NCBI GenBank assembly: GCA_038087875.1
Contig: CM075995.1
Span: 2,048,001-2,112,000 of the forward strand
DNA: 64,000 nt
DNA from: Malacoraja senta
Lineage: Eukaryota
Reading direction: 5' to 3'
The notes beneath the pieces are model-generated. The model saw nothing but the letters and a program-made list of their open reading frames with translations. It was not told where the DNA came from and did no database searches. Made by a program: the position numbers and the translations under genes. This document shows positions 62,936 through 64,000 of the stretch, in pieces; position 1 is the stretch's first letter, and each line of letters begins with the position of its first letter.

Positions 62936-63039
62936 TAAACCTGCAGATATTCATCAATCTTTATTACAGTCACCTTGCTATACTAAATGTAGTCAGCCCA
63001 AGACTTGCCCAAGACATGTTGCCCACTAATCTTACTGTT

Positions 63040-64000
63040 ACATAGAAACATAGAAAATAGGTGCAGGAGTAGGCCAATCGGCCCCTTCGAGCCTGCACCG
63101 CCATTCAATATGATTCATGGATGATAATCCAACTCAGTATCCTGCACCTGCCTTCTCCCATACCCCCTGATCCCTTTAGCCCAAGGGCTACGTCTAACTC
63201 CCTCTTAAAGCATAGCCAATGAACTGGCCTCAACTACCTTCTGTGGCAGAGAATTCCACAGATTCACACTCTCTGTGTGAAAAATGTTTTTCTCATCTCG
63301 GTCCTAAAAGACTTCCCCCTTATCCTTAAACTGTGACCCCGTGTTCTGGACTTCCCAACATCGGGAACAATCTTCCTGCATCTAGCCTGTCCAACCCCTT
63401 AAGAATTTTGTAAGTTTCTATAAGATCCCCCCTCAATCTTCTAAATTCTAGCGAGTACAAGCCGAGTCTATCCAGTCTTTCTTCATATGAAAGTCCTGCC
63501 ATCCCAGGAATCAGTCTGGTGAACCTTCTCTGTACTCCCTCTATGGCAAGAATGTCTTTCCTCAGATTAGGAGACTAAAACTGTACACAATACTCCAGGT
63601 GTGGTCTCACCAAGGCCCTGTACAACTGCAGCAGAATCTCCCTGCTCCTATACTCAAATCCTTTCGCTATGAATGCTAACATACCATTCGCTTTCTTCAC
63701 TGCCTGCTGCACCTGCATGCCTACTTTCATGACTGGTGTACCATGACACCCAGTTCTCTTTGCATCTCCTCTTTTCCTAATCGGCCACCATTCAGATAAT
63801 AGTCTACTTTCCTGTTCTTGCCACCAAAGTGGATAACCTCACATTTATCCACATTATACTGCATCTGCCATGCATTTGCCCACTCACCCAACCTATCCAA
63901 GTCACCTTGCAGCCTCCTAGCATCCTCCTCACAGCTAACACTGCCCCCCAGCTTCGTGTCATCCGCAAACTTGGAGATGTTGCATTCAATTCCCTCGTCC
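63040..64000 (-). mobile_element. CR1/HER1 LINE 3' kilobase (runs off the window)
   Basis: ISKFADDTKLGGSV at window end; (TTCTATGT)n tail; homologous to 12991-13930. Confidence 0.93.

Overview
This is repeat-dense vertebrate intronic or intergenic DNA, most likely from a cartilaginous fish (skate or ray). That assignment is inferred from the HE1-type V-SINE and HER1/CR1 LINE repertoire. I recognise no host protein-coding exon, tRNA or rRNA gene. Every protein-like ORF is a decayed retroelement fragment: CR1 ORF2, L1-clade ORF2, Rex1/Babar, or Penelope GIY-YIG/RT. Highlights: (1) Non-autonomous Helitrons, including one clean A|T insertion carrying a CCAAT-GC-TATA-Inr promoter, a 4-unit head-to-tail array, and one element apparently split by a 2.5 kb inversion. 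(2) About 15 Penelope-derived terminal repeats bearing a minimal hammerhead-ribozyme motif, several as palindromic mini-elements with 15-17 bp TSDs. (3) A 3 kb L1 insertion flanked by a ~786 bp direct duplication that behaves like a giant TSD. (4) A young-looking, teleost-like CORE/L2-tailed SINE with a double fold-back junction. (5) TTAA MITEs, a hAT-like element with a 6 bp TSD, and multi-layer nesting. There is one 200-N gap. Family names come from motif recognition, not database searches. Boundaries of decayed copies are approximate.
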